From sequence record NC_007637.1: a stretch of 45,251 nt of DNA, one strand, 5' to 3'. The stretch comes from Escherichia phage K1E. The translations under genes were made by a program, and so were the position numbers. Shown here piece after piece: positions 1-7,406 of the stretch. Each line of letters opens with the position of its first letter. Within the stretch, counting starts at the first letter, position 1. Below the pieces are notes generated by a model, which saw only the letters and a program-made list of their open reading frames with translations, had not been told where the DNA came from and made no database searches.

Positions 1-288
1 TCTCGCCCTCGCCCTCGCCGGATTTTCCCCATATGGGGCCGCGCTGCGGTTGGCTTGGGGATTGGGCTAGGCTGGGCCGTCTTCAACCTGCTGCCGCAGG
101 AAGCTCGATGGGTTGGCTGAGGGTTGCCGAGGGCTGCGCTTAGTGGTACACAAGTAGAACGCCTAGGAAGCGCTAGGGCACGCCTTAGTGTTGGACAAGG
201 TGATTGCCTTAGTGCAACCGTTTAGGGCTTACACAGGCCGTTTTAGGGCAATTCCTGAGTGTTTGACAGGGTGTGAGGGTGTGGGCTA
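1..288. repeat. Left direct terminal repeat (288 bp)
   Basis: The first 288 nt (tctcgccctcgccctcgccggattttcccc ... gggtgtgggcta) recur at 44964..45251 with a constant offset of 44963. Begins with three CTCGCC hexamers and is GC-rich. Confidence 0.85.
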
Positions 289-359
289 TCTGTTCGTTTC
301 GCTACGCTTCACTCACTGCTCCTCACTTCGCTGTCGCTCGCTACACTGCCTGTCGTGTA

Positions 360-490
360 CCTTAGGTTATTCCTTGAGGGATGGCTTAGGTTAGCCTTAG
401 TGGGCTACCTTAGTTAAAGCCTTAGTGCTTAGCTTAGTATCAACTTAGTAGTGTACCTTAGTTAGTCTTAGTGCCAGACCTTAGTGATTG
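360..490. repeat. Array of about 10 short CTTAG(T/G) repeats just inside the left terminal repeat
   Basis: CCTTAGT/CTTAGG units at roughly 361, 385, 395, 408, 420, 433, 444, 457, 467 and 478, spaced 10-13 bp. Two more copies lie inside the repeat (183, 206) and three near the right repeat (about 44797-44838). Confidence 0.6.
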
Positions 491-714
491 CATAGCTAAA
501 GCTATAAGATGCAATTAGGTCGCGGTCGGTAGACCGCTGAGAGTAGGTAATAGTGATAAGATGCAGTAGGAGGAACACCAGAAACCTAGCCATCCTAGCC
601 TATCCTAGCTCTGTATCTATTGCTTTCCTTAGTCTCACATGTTAGACAACCTAGGTTTATCTTAGTAGTTGTGACATGTATCACATAAATAATCTATCTT
701 AGTTAAATTTAGTG

Positions 715-743
715 TTGACACAGGCAATCAACAGATATACATT
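715..743 (+). promoter_or_regulatory. Candidate host sigma-70 early promoter
   Basis: Perfect -35 TTGACA at 715..720, then a 16-17 nt spacer and ATACAT/TACATT as -10; followed by an inverted repeat ctgagacgg...ctgtctcag (about 752..780). Upstream of the first early ORFs. Confidence 0.3.
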
Positions 744-884
744 AGCAATCACTGAGACGGACCTAGCAAGCTGTCTCAGGTTATAAGTAGGAGAATTGAT
801 GCGTAGGCCGTAGCTAGCGGATGTAGTCGCATGAAGGCTTGAGCAAGGGGCCGTTTAATACCTTCTTCCTCTGGAGACAAAGCT

Positions 885-915
885 TATAACATTGCTCTTT
901 AACAATTTGCTTAGT
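885..915 (+). promoter_or_regulatory. Early-region repeated element, copy 1 (core GCTCTTTAACAAT, 894..906)
   Basis: One of four copies of a conserved 13-14 nt core lying between early genes; candidate RNA processing or regulatory site. Confidence 0.35.
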
Positions 916-964
916 GTAACCTATGTATGCCGTGGTTAATTACTTATTGAATGAGGAATTAACT

Positions 965-1060
965 ATGAATTATGAAGAAATGTATGAAGTCTATTTCGAC
1001 TCATTAGATGAAGGCGAAGAAGCATTATCCTACGCTGAGTTTGTGGAGGCTTTATCATGA
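965..1060 (+). CDS. Hypothetical small acidic early protein (31 aa)
   Basis: ATG 965 with GAGGA 6 nt upstream; stop TGA 1058..1060 overlaps the next ATG (ATGA). Not in the track because it is under 60 aa. Confidence 0.3.
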   Translation: MNYEEMYEVYFDSLDEGEEALSYAEFVEALS

Positions 1061-1242
1061 TTCTGAATAACCGTGAACTGTCCGTTCTCTTCACTCTGTT
1101 ATGCTACATGATTCGTAATAACGAATTACTTACAGATGACGAGATGGCACTATATCACCGCTTTCTTAACGAAGGTTGGACAGATACAGTTAACCAGAAA
1201 CGTGACTTGATGAAGGAGTTAAGTAATGATTCAGTTGACTGA
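1057..1242 (+). CDS. Hypothetical early protein (61 aa)
   Basis: Track ORF starting at an ATG; coupled to the upstream ORF by an ATGA overlap. Confidence 0.4.
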   Translation: MILNNRELSVLFTLLCYMIRNNELLTDDEMALYHRFLNEGWTDTVNQKRDLMKELSNDSVD

Positions 1243-1381
1243 AGACCAACTAAAGCAACTCTTAGTCGACGCGTGGTTTGCTGGTCATGAAACCTCGCAA
1301 TACACGCCTAACTCTTACGGTGATGCTAACAGATATGCACGCTCTACATTAAAGGAGGTTAAAGAGGATGTATCAGCATGA
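1226..1381 (+). CDS. Hypothetical early protein (51 aa)
   Basis: ATG 1226 (aggagttaagtaATG), stop TGA 1379..1381; overlaps both neighbours; found by manual translation. Confidence 0.3.
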   Translation: MIQLTEDQLKQLLVDAWFAGHETSQYTPNSYGDANRYARSTLKEVKEDVSA

Positions 1382-1592
1382 GGTTTTCTTCGAATCAGCT
1401 AGTGAAGCTATCCGCTTCCATGATGATATGATGCAAGCTGGCGTAGGTGTTGATGTGTATCACTATTTGATAGATTACGACACTGAATATCACCGAGTTA
1501 CCTTAGTATCTGAGTATGACAACCAAGTCATTACTGAGTATCTAGGTAGTGAAGATTATGATTACGATGAAGTAATCACAACAAATCTCTAA
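1368..1592 (+). CDS. Hypothetical acidic early protein (74 aa)
   Basis: Track ORF with ATG start and AAGGAGG upstream (1352..1358). Confidence 0.45.
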   Translation: MYQHEVFFESASEAIRFHDDMMQAGVGVDVYHYLIDYDTEYHRVTLVSEYDNQVITEYLGSEDYDYDEVITTNL

Positions 1593-1654
1593 ATTAACTA
1601 TTGACAGCCACGGCATACAAGGCTACATTAAGCATCAAGACGGCGACGTCTTTA

Positions 1655-1698
1655 AACATCCCGCTCTTTAACAATCTGGCTAGTGCCTTGGTAGGCTA
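1655..1698 (+). promoter_or_regulatory. Early-region repeated element, copy 2 (core GCTCTTTAACAAT, 1663..1675)
   Basis: Core followed by ctggctagtgccttggtaggc, which resembles the dyad arm of copies 3 and 4. Confidence 0.35.
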
Positions 1699-1718
1699 AC
1701 TACTTACTAAGGTGAACT

Positions 1719-1931
1719 ATGAACTACTGCGACATCGCTCACGAATTACGCATGGAACGTGAGAAACAAGAGAAGCGGATTATCAAGAAGATGGCTGTAC
1801 TGCTTGCACACTATAAGGCAGACAAACAGCCAACACATGATGAGTTCGTGGACTTCTGTAACATGTATCTTAATGTGAGTAAGGCCACTGGTTACAGATG
1901 GCTTAAAGCACTGAATGATGGAGAATTGTAG
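1719..1931 (+). CDS. Hypothetical early protein (70 aa)
   Basis: ATG 1719 preceded by AAGGTGAACT; this same ribosome-binding context recurs at 2031 and 7406. Confidence 0.5.
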   Translation: MNYCDIAHELRMEREKQEKRIIKKMAVLLAHYKADKQPTHDEFVDFCNMYLNVSKATGYRWLKALNDGEL

Positions 1932-1936
1932 CAATA

Positions 1937-2007
1937 AGCCAGCTTAATAGCTGGCCTATCAAGGCACTAACCTAGCTCTTTAACAATCCGGTTTGTGTCT
2001 TGATAGG
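1937..2007 (+). promoter_or_regulatory. Early-region repeated element, copy 3: hairpin plus 13-bp dyad around core GCTCTTTAACAAT (1975..1987)
   Basis: Hairpin gccagc-ttaata-gctggc (1938..1955), then arms cctatcaaggcac (1955..1967) and gtgtcttgatagg (1995..2007) enclosing the core. Confidence 0.4.
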
Positions 2008-2030
2008 CTTACTAACAAAGGTGAACTATC

Positions 2031-2195
2031 ATGACTAACGCACAACGTAAACGCTATGATGCATTGCAAGAGAAACTTGCTGTTGCTTATGCCGCTTGGC
2101 AAGCTAACACAGACAAGAGCAAACACGATAAACTTTATAGTAAAGTGGTTGCAATTAATGCTAAAATAGATAAACTTGTGAATAGTATCTTATAA
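2031..2195 (+). CDS. Hypothetical early protein (54 aa)
   Basis: ATG 2031 with AAAGGTGAACT upstream; stop TAA 2193..2195; found by manual translation. Confidence 0.45.
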   Translation: MTNAQRKRYDALQEKLAVAYAAWQANTDKSKHDKLYSKVVAINAKIDKLVNSIL

Positions 2196-2206
2196 GATAG
2201 TTGCTG

Positions 2207-2272
2207 GCACTAGCCAGCCTATCAAGGCACAAGCCACGCTCTTTTAACAATATGGGTAGTCGCTTCTTAGTC
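2207..2272 (+). promoter_or_regulatory. Early-region repeated element, copy 4 (core GCTCTTTTAACAAT, 2237..2250)
   Basis: Hairpin gctggc-acta-gccagc, arm cctatcaaggcac, the core, then an imperfect partner arm gtctggatagg. Confidence 0.35.
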
Positions 2273-2345
2273 TGGATAGGTTAAACCTAGGGTATTCTTT
2301 TGAGTGCCCTATAATGTAACCTAACTAACTAATGAGGATTAAATC

Positions 2346-2672
2346 ATGGAACGCAATGCTAACGCTTACTACAATCTTCTGGCTGCAACTGTTGAAGCAT
2401 TCAACGAGCGCATTCAGTACGATGAGATCCGCGAAGGTGATGATTACTCTGATGCACTACATGAGGTTGTAGACAGCAATGTTCCAGTTTATTACAGCGA
2501 AATCTTTACTGTGATGGCTGCTGATGGCATTGATATTGAATTTGAGGATGCAGGTTTGATTCCTGATACGAAGGATGTAACCAAGATTCTACAAGCTCGC
2601 ATCTATGAGTCTCTTTATAATGATGTACCAAATGATAGTGATGTAGTTTGGTATGAAGACGAGGAAGAATAA
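2346..2672 (+). CDS. Ocr-like acidic protein (candidate DNA-mimic anti-restriction protein, 108 aa)
   Basis: Very acidic protein. The stretch IQYDEIREGDDYSDALHEVVDSNVPVYYSEIFTVMAADGIDIEFEDAGLIPDTKDVTKILQARIYESL closely parallels T7 gp0.3 (Ocr) as I remember it; needs alignment to confirm. Confidence 0.6.
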   Translation: MERNANAYYNLLAATVEAFNERIQYDEIREGDDYSDALHEVVDSNVPVYYSEIFTVMAADGIDIEFEDAGLIPDTKDVTKILQARIYESLYNDVPNDSDVVWYEDEEE

Positions 2673-2674
2673 AG

Positions 2675-2788
2675 ATGGAAAGGCAATATAACTTCATCTT
2701 CTCAGACGGTGTAACCCTGAAATGTTCCTTACGATTTGCGCAGATTCGTGAGGAAGTGCTAGGTACTACATACAAACTATTTAGCTGA
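2675..2788 (+). CDS. Hypothetical small protein (37 aa)
   Basis: ATG 2675 just after the upstream stop; weak evidence; its 3' end overlaps a promoter-like sequence. Confidence 0.2.
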   Translation: MERQYNFIFSDGVTLKCSLRFAQIREEVLGTTYKLFS

Positions 2789-2801
2789 CACTATAAGAGA
2801 A
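2779..2801 (+). promoter_or_regulatory. Weak SP6-type phage promoter-like sequence
   Basis: ATTTAGCTGACACTATAAGAG: two mismatches to the consensus, including A instead of G at +1. Confidence 0.35.
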
Positions 2802-2864
2802 GGCTTAACAAGGCGTTGCTACGGTAGCGCCTGATTAAACTTTCACTTACTAGGAGTTAAGACT

Positions 2865-3092
2865 ATGGATTTAGATAGCATCATTATGGCATTTGCTCTT
2901 ATTGGCTTAAGCTGGTGCTCCTATCACCTTTACCGTGAGTTCTTATTTGATAAAGCTAAACGCAAACTAAGAAAGGAAGGCGGTAACTACCTCTGTGTAA
3001 GAGGCGGTTTAGTCGAATATATTGCACCTAACGGCACGGAATGCGCCATTAACAAAGATGCATTTATAGAAACGTGGCATTACATCAAGTAA
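2865..3092 (+). CDS. Hypothetical small membrane protein (75 aa)
   Basis: ATG 2865 with TAGGAG upstream; hydrophobic N-terminal segment IIMAFALIGLSWCSY. Confidence 0.45.
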   Translation: MDLDSIIMAFALIGLSWCSYHLYREFLFDKAKRKLRKEGGNYLCVRGGLVEYIAPNGTECAINKDAFIETWHYIK

Positions 3093-3155
3093 CTAGCCTA
3101 TAGCCTGCCTGTGTGGGCTATGTGATATTTACTTACACTATATAAGGTGACTATT

Positions 3156-4040
3156 ATGACTACTGAAAACACCCTTCTGTCTGTTCGTGAAGCTGCAACC
3201 GCTGAAATCAAGCAGCACTTAGACAATATCGGCACTTCTTACATCAAAGTTGGCGCTTGTCTGAATGAATTACGCGGTGATTTCGAAGGTCAAAAAGACT
3301 TTTTAGCTTATGTAGAATCAGAGTTCGGCATCAAGAAGGCACAATGCTACAAGCTGATGAGTGTAGCCCGTGTCTTTGAAGGAGACGAACGCTTTAAAGG
3401 TGTGGCTATGCGTGTAATGCTGGCGCTTGTTCCTTTCGCTGATGAAAATATAATCATGGAGAAGGCCGCAGAACTCGCCGCAGATGGCAAGCTGGACACT
3501 AACGCCGTAAACGCCCTGATTGAGACTAAGAAAGAGATAAAGGCCGAAACGGTACAATCTAAGGCTGAGGCAGTAAAACCGCAGGAGAACGCGACTGAGG
3601 CCGCAGAATCACAGGAAATGCAAGCGCCGCAGGTAGTGCCACCCGCGAGCGAGCAGGAGGCCGACGAATCAGCACCATGGGAAGAGGAAAGCAAGCCGGA
3701 AGCGCCAAAGGCAGCGCCGCTGGATAACACGGCTAATACCGAAAACGCCGCTATGGCTAGCCTCTTAGCACAAATTAAGGCACTGACTGAGCAATTACAG
3801 GCAGCTAATGACCGCATCGCCTCCTTAAGTAGCGCACGCGAAAGCAAGAAGGCAGCCGCACCTATGCTGCCGCAATTCAAATCTTCCTGCTTCTATGCTC
3901 GCTTAGGGTTAAGCGCTGAGGAGGCAACGAAGAAAACAGCAGTTAACAAGGCGCGCCGCGAACTGGTTAAGCTAGGCTACGGTGAAGGACATGAAGCATG
4001 GCCCTTAATCTCTGAGGCAGTAGAAGAGTTGACTAAGTAA
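3156..4040 (+). CDS. Hypothetical early protein (294 aa) with acidic Pro/Glu/Ala-rich linker
   Basis: Track ORF starts at GTG 3147; first ATG is 3156 with AAGGTGA upstream. GC-rich low-complexity middle (about 3540..3720); sits immediately upstream of the RNA polymerase gene. Confidence 0.55.
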   Translation: MTTENTLLSVREAATAEIKQHLDNIGTSYIKVGACLNELRGDFEGQKDFLAYVESEFGIKKAQCYKLMSVARVFEGDERFKGVAMRVMLALVPFADENIIMEKAAELAADGKLDTNAVNALIETKKEIKAETVQSKAEAVKPQENATEAAESQEMQAPQVVPPASEQEADESAPWEEESKPEAPKAAPLDNTANTENAAMASLLAQIKALTEQLQAANDRIASLSSARESKKAAAPMLPQFKSSCFYARLGLSAEEATKKTAVNKARRELVKLGYGEGHEAWPLISEAVEELTK

Positions 4041-4103
4041 CCTTATCGGTGGCATCTCCTTAGGTGTCACCTATTAAGGTTTCTTTCACTAGGAGTAAAC
4101 AAG

Positions 4104-6731
4104 ATGCAAGACCTACACGCTATTCAACTTCAACTTGAAGAAGAAATGTTTAACGGCGGCATCCGTCGCTTTGAAGCGGACCAACAACGCCAGATTGCAT
4201 CCGGTAATGAATCAGACACGGCATGGAATCGCCGCTTATTGTCCGAACTAATCGCACCTATGGCGGAAGGTATTCAGGCTTACAAGGAAGAATACGAAGG
4301 CAAGAGAGGTCGTGCACCACGTGCATTAGCTTTCATTAACTGCGTAGGAAACGAAGTGGCAGCATATATCACCATGAAAATCGTTATGGATATGCTGAAT
4401 ACAGACGTTACCTTACAAGCTATCGCTATGAATGTAGCAGACCGCATCGAGGACCAAGTACGTTTTAGCAAGCTGGAAGGTCACGCAGCTAAGTACTTTG
4501 AGAAAGTGAAGAAGTCGCTTAAGGCTAGCAAGACTAAATCTTATCGTCATGCGCACAACGTAGCGGTAGTAGCTGAGAAATCTGTTGCTGACCGTGACGC
4601 GGATTTCTCCCGTTGGGAGGCATGGCCTAAAGACACCTTGCTGCAAATCGGTATGACCTTGCTCGAAATATTGGAGAATAGTGTATTCTTCAATGGTCAA
4701 CCTGTCTTCCTTCGTACCTTGCGCACTAACGGCGGAAAGCATGGTGTTTACTATTTACAGACCAGTGAACATGTTGGCGAGTGGATAACTGCATTTAAGG
4801 AACATGTAGCGCAGCTCAGCCCTGCCTATGCACCTTGCGTTATACCTCCCCGCCCTTGGGTATCACCTTTTAACGGTGGGTTTCATACTGAGAAAGTAGC
4901 AAGCCGTATTCGTCTGGTAAAAGGCAATCGTGAGCACGTCCGCAAGCTGACCAAAAAGCAAATGCCAGCCGTTTATAAGGCTGTTAACGCTTTGCAGGCA
5001 ACTAAGTGGCAGGTTAATAAAGAGGTTTTACAGGTTGTGGAGGACGTTATACGTCTAGACCTCGGCTATGGTGTACCTTCCTTTAAACCACTCATCGACC
5101 GTGAGAACAAGCCAGCTAATCCGGTGCCGTTAGAGTTCCAGCACCTGCGAGGCCGTGAACTGAAAGAAATGTTAACACCGGAACAATGGCAAGCCTTCAT
5201 CAACTGGAAAGGTGAATGCACCAAGCTGTATACCGCTGAGACTAAGCGCGGCAGCAAATCGGCGGCGACCGTCCGCATGGTAGGGCAGGCCCGTAAATAC
5301 AGCCAATTTGACGCAATATACTTCGTGTATGCTCTGGACAGCCGCAGCCGCGTCTACGCGCAATCTAGCACGCTCTCTCCGCAATCAAACGACTTAGGCA
5401 AGGCATTGCTCCGTTTTACCGAAGGGCAGCGTCTTGATAGCGCTGAGGCGCTTAAGTGGTTTTTGGTGAACGGGGCTAATAACTGGGGTTGGGATAAGAA
5501 AACTTTTGACGTGCGCACCGCTAACGTGCTGGATAGTGAATTTCAAGACATGTGCCGCGACATTGCAGCGGATCCGCTGACCTTCACTCAATGGGTAAAT
5601 GCCGACTCCCCTTACGGCTTCCTTGCATGGTGCTTTGAATATGCGCGTTATCTGGATGCACTGGATGAAGGCACGCAAGACCAATTCATGACGCACCTCC
5701 CAGTCCATCAAGATGGTAGTTGTTCTGGTATCCAGCACTACAGTGCTATGCTACGCGATGCAGTAGGTGCGAAAGCAGTAAACCTTAAGCCCTCTGACTC
5801 TCCTCAAGATATTTATGGTGCCGTTGCGCAGGTAGTAATTCAGAAGAATTATGCATACATGAATGCAGAGGATGCGGAAACCTTCACTTCTGGCAGCGTG
5901 ACTTTAACAGGTGCGGAACTGCGTAGTATGGCTAGTGCGTGGGATATGATAGGAATCACTCGCGGCCTGACCAAAAAGCCCGTAATGACACTACCTTATG
6001 GCAGCACACGTCTAACCTGCCGTGAGTCAGTGATTGATTATATCGTTGATTTAGAAGAAAAAGAGGCCCAACGGGCTATTGCGGAAGGGCGTACCGCCAA
6101 TCCTGTACACCCTTTTGATAATGACCGTAAAGACAGCCTGACACCTAGCGCAGCTTATAACTATATGACAGCTTTAATCTGGCCTTCTATCTCGGAAGTG
6201 GTTAAAGCCCCTATAGTGGCAATGAAAATGATTCGTCAGCTTGCACGTTTCGCAGCTAAAAGAAACGAAGGCTTAGAATATCCCTTACCAACTGGCTTCA
6301 TCTTGCAACAAAAGATAATGGCTACCGATATGCTCCGCGTATCCACTTGCTTGATGGGTGAAATCAAGATGAGTCTCCAGATTGAAACAGATGTAGTTGA
6401 TGAAACGGCAATGATGGGTGCGGCTGCTCCTAACTTCGTCCATGGTCACGATGCTAGCCACCTGATTCTGACTGTATGTGACCTAGTGGATAAAGGTATT
6501 ACATCCGTTGCAGTCATCCATGATTCTTTCGGTACTCATGCAGGACGTACCGCAGACCTGCGGGATAGCTTAAGGGAAGAAATGGTTAAGATGTATCAAA
6601 ACCATAATGCCCTGCAAAACCTGCTAGATGTGCACGAAGAGCGTTGGTTAGTAGACACCGGAATCCAAGTACCAGAGCAAGGGGAGTTTGACCTTAACGA
6701 AATCTTAGTTTCAGACTATTGTTTCGCATAA
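4104..6731 (+). CDS. Single-subunit DNA-dependent RNA polymerase (T7/SP6 type, 875 aa)
   Basis: AGGAG RBS; motifs [19 protein letters not shown] and C-terminal ...DYCFA parallel T7 RNAP ([19 protein letters not shown], ...FAFA). Confidence 0.95.
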   Translation: MQDLHAIQLQLEEEMFNGGIRRFEADQQRQIASGNESDTAWNRRLLSELIAPMAEGIQAYKEEYEGKRGRAPRALAFINCVGNEVAAYITMKIVMDMLNTDVTLQAIAMNVADRIEDQVRFSKLEGHAAKYFEKVKKSLKASKTKSYRHAHNVAVVAEKSVADRDADFSRWEAWPKDTLLQIGMTLLEILENSVFFNGQPVFLRTLRTNGGKHGVYYLQTSEHVGEWITAFKEHVAQLSPAYAPCVIPPRPWVSPFNGGFHTEKVASRIRLVKGNREHVRKLTKKQMPAVYKAVNALQATKWQVNKEVLQVVEDVIRLDLGYGVPSFKPLIDRENKPANPVPLEFQHLRGRELKEMLTPEQWQAFINWKGECTKLYTAETKRGSKSAATVRMVGQARKYSQFDAIYFVYALDSRSRVYAQSSTLSPQSNDLGKALLRFTEGQRLDSAEALKWFLVNGANNWGWDKKTFDVRTANVLDSEFQDMCRDIAADPLTFTQWVNADSPYGFLAWCFEYARYLDALDEGTQDQFMTHLPVHQDGSCSGIQHYSAMLRDAVGAKAVNLKPSDSPQDIYGAVAQVVIQKNYAYMNAEDAETFTSGSVTLTGAELRSMASAWDMIGITRGLTKKPVMTLPYGSTRLTCRESVIDYIVDLEEKEAQRAIAEGRTANPVHPFDNDRKDSLTPSAAYNYMTALIWPSISEVVKAPIVAMKMIRQLARFAAKRNEGLEYPLPTGFILQQKIMATDMLRVSTCLMGEIKMSLQIETDVVDETAMMGAAAPNFVHGHDASHLILTVCDLVDKGITSVAVIHDSFGTHAGRTADLRDSLREEMVKMYQNHNALQNLLDVHEERWLVDTGIQVPEQGEFDLNEILVSDYCFA

Positions 6732-6804
6732 TATTAATAGGCCATTCCTTCGGGAGTGGCTTTCTTTTACCTACTACCTGTAACATTTCATTAACATAAA
6801 ACGT

Positions 6805-6820
6805 GTCTCACATGTGAGAC
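6805..6820. repeat. Palindromic hairpin GTCTCACATGTGAGAC, copy A
   Basis: Perfect 16-bp palindrome followed by TTTATTT, immediately upstream of the promoter at 6824. Confidence 0.7.
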
Positions 6821-6823
6821 TTT

Positions 6824-6846
6824 ATTTACCGGACACTATAGGATAG
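6824..6846 (+). promoter_or_regulatory. SP6-type phage promoter (+1 G at 6841)
   Basis: ATTTACCGGACACTATAGGATAG; the transcript would begin with hairpin ccgtc-gga-gacgg. Confidence 0.75.
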
Positions 6847-6986
6847 CCGTCGGAGACGGGAAAGAAAGGGAAGATAAAGGATATAAAGGAAGTAATAGGT
6901 ATTAAAGGTTATATAGGTTATCTAGGAATACCTATTACCTTCTTCCTTCCTCTTATTACCACTTAGAGGAAGGGCAGACCTAGGTT
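6847..6986. promoter_or_regulatory. Candidate primary replication origin: AT/purine-rich dyad region between two phage promoters
   Basis: Purine-rich run, then 11-bp inverted repeat taataggtatt (6893..6903) / aatacctatta (6927..6937), then a pyrimidine-rich run. Position matches the T7 primary origin, just downstream of gene 1. Confidence 0.4.
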
Positions 6987-7002
6987 GTCTCACATGTGAG
7001 AC
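6987..7002. repeat. Palindromic hairpin GTCTCACATGTGAGAC, copy B
   Basis: Perfect 16-bp palindrome, immediately upstream of the promoter at 7008. Confidence 0.7.
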
Positions 7003-7007
7003 TTCGT

Positions 7008-7030
7008 ATTTACCGGACAGTATAGATAAG
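7008..7030 (+). promoter_or_regulatory. SP6-type phage promoter (+1 G at 7025)
   Basis: ATTTACCGGACAGTATAGATAAG; one mismatch in the core. Confidence 0.65.
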
Positions 7031-7055
7031 ATTAACTCACTTTGGAGATTTAACC

Positions 7056-7184
7056 ATGCGTAACTTTGAGAAGATGACCCGTAAAGCTAACCGTTTTGAC
7101 ATGGAAGAAGGGCAGAAGAAAGGCAAGAAGCTGAATAAACCTGTCCGTGACCGTGCATCTAAACGCGCAGCGTGGGAGTTCTAA
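7056..7184 (+). CDS. Hypothetical small basic protein (42 aa)
   Basis: ATG 7056 with GGAGA upstream; stop TAA 7182..7184; found by manual translation. Confidence 0.4.
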   Translation: MRNFEKMTRKANRFDMEEGQKKGKKLNKPVRDRASKRAAWEF

Positions 7185-7187
7185 GTT

Positions 7188-7406
7188 ATGGCTAAATACA
7201 GAATCAAGACCTGTTTAAATAGTCACGGGCAAGAGTGTTACATAGTGCAACGTAAAGTATTAGGCTTAATATGGGTCACATGTATGATGCCTATTGGATA
7301 TACTGATACAGAGGCTATCTTCTGCACCGAAAGGGATGCAAAGCAGTTTATCTCTAAGCGTAGAAAAGCTGACTCTTATCAACCCAGAACTATTAAGGTG
7401 AACTAA
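7188..7406 (+). CDS. Hypothetical protein (72 aa)
   Basis: Track ORF; its stop overlaps the primase ATG (TAATG). Confidence 0.45.
   Translation: MAKYRIKTCLNSHGQECYIVQRKVLGLIWVTCMMPIGYTDTEAIFCTERDAKQFISKRRKADSYQPRTIKVN

Noticed and set aside
1-20. Tandem CTCGCC hexamers and the (GA)9 run (40181..40198) as possible CRISPR repeats
   Set aside because: Units are far too short, uninterrupted and lack spacers; these are simple repeats.
188-394. 68-aa ORF on the + strand
   Set aside because: It lies almost entirely inside the GC-rich terminal repeat, has no ribosome-binding site, and its translation is low-complexity Cys/Ser/Leu-rich; likely non-coding.
3126-3146. Promoter-like sequence ATTTACTTACACTATATAAGG
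   Set aside because: Three mismatches to the phage promoter core, including the +1 region; probably non-functional or very weak.
3347-3880. 177-aa ORF on the - strand
   Set aside because: Antisense to the GC-rich acidic-linker region of the 3156..4040 gene; translation is Ala/Ser-rich low complexity.
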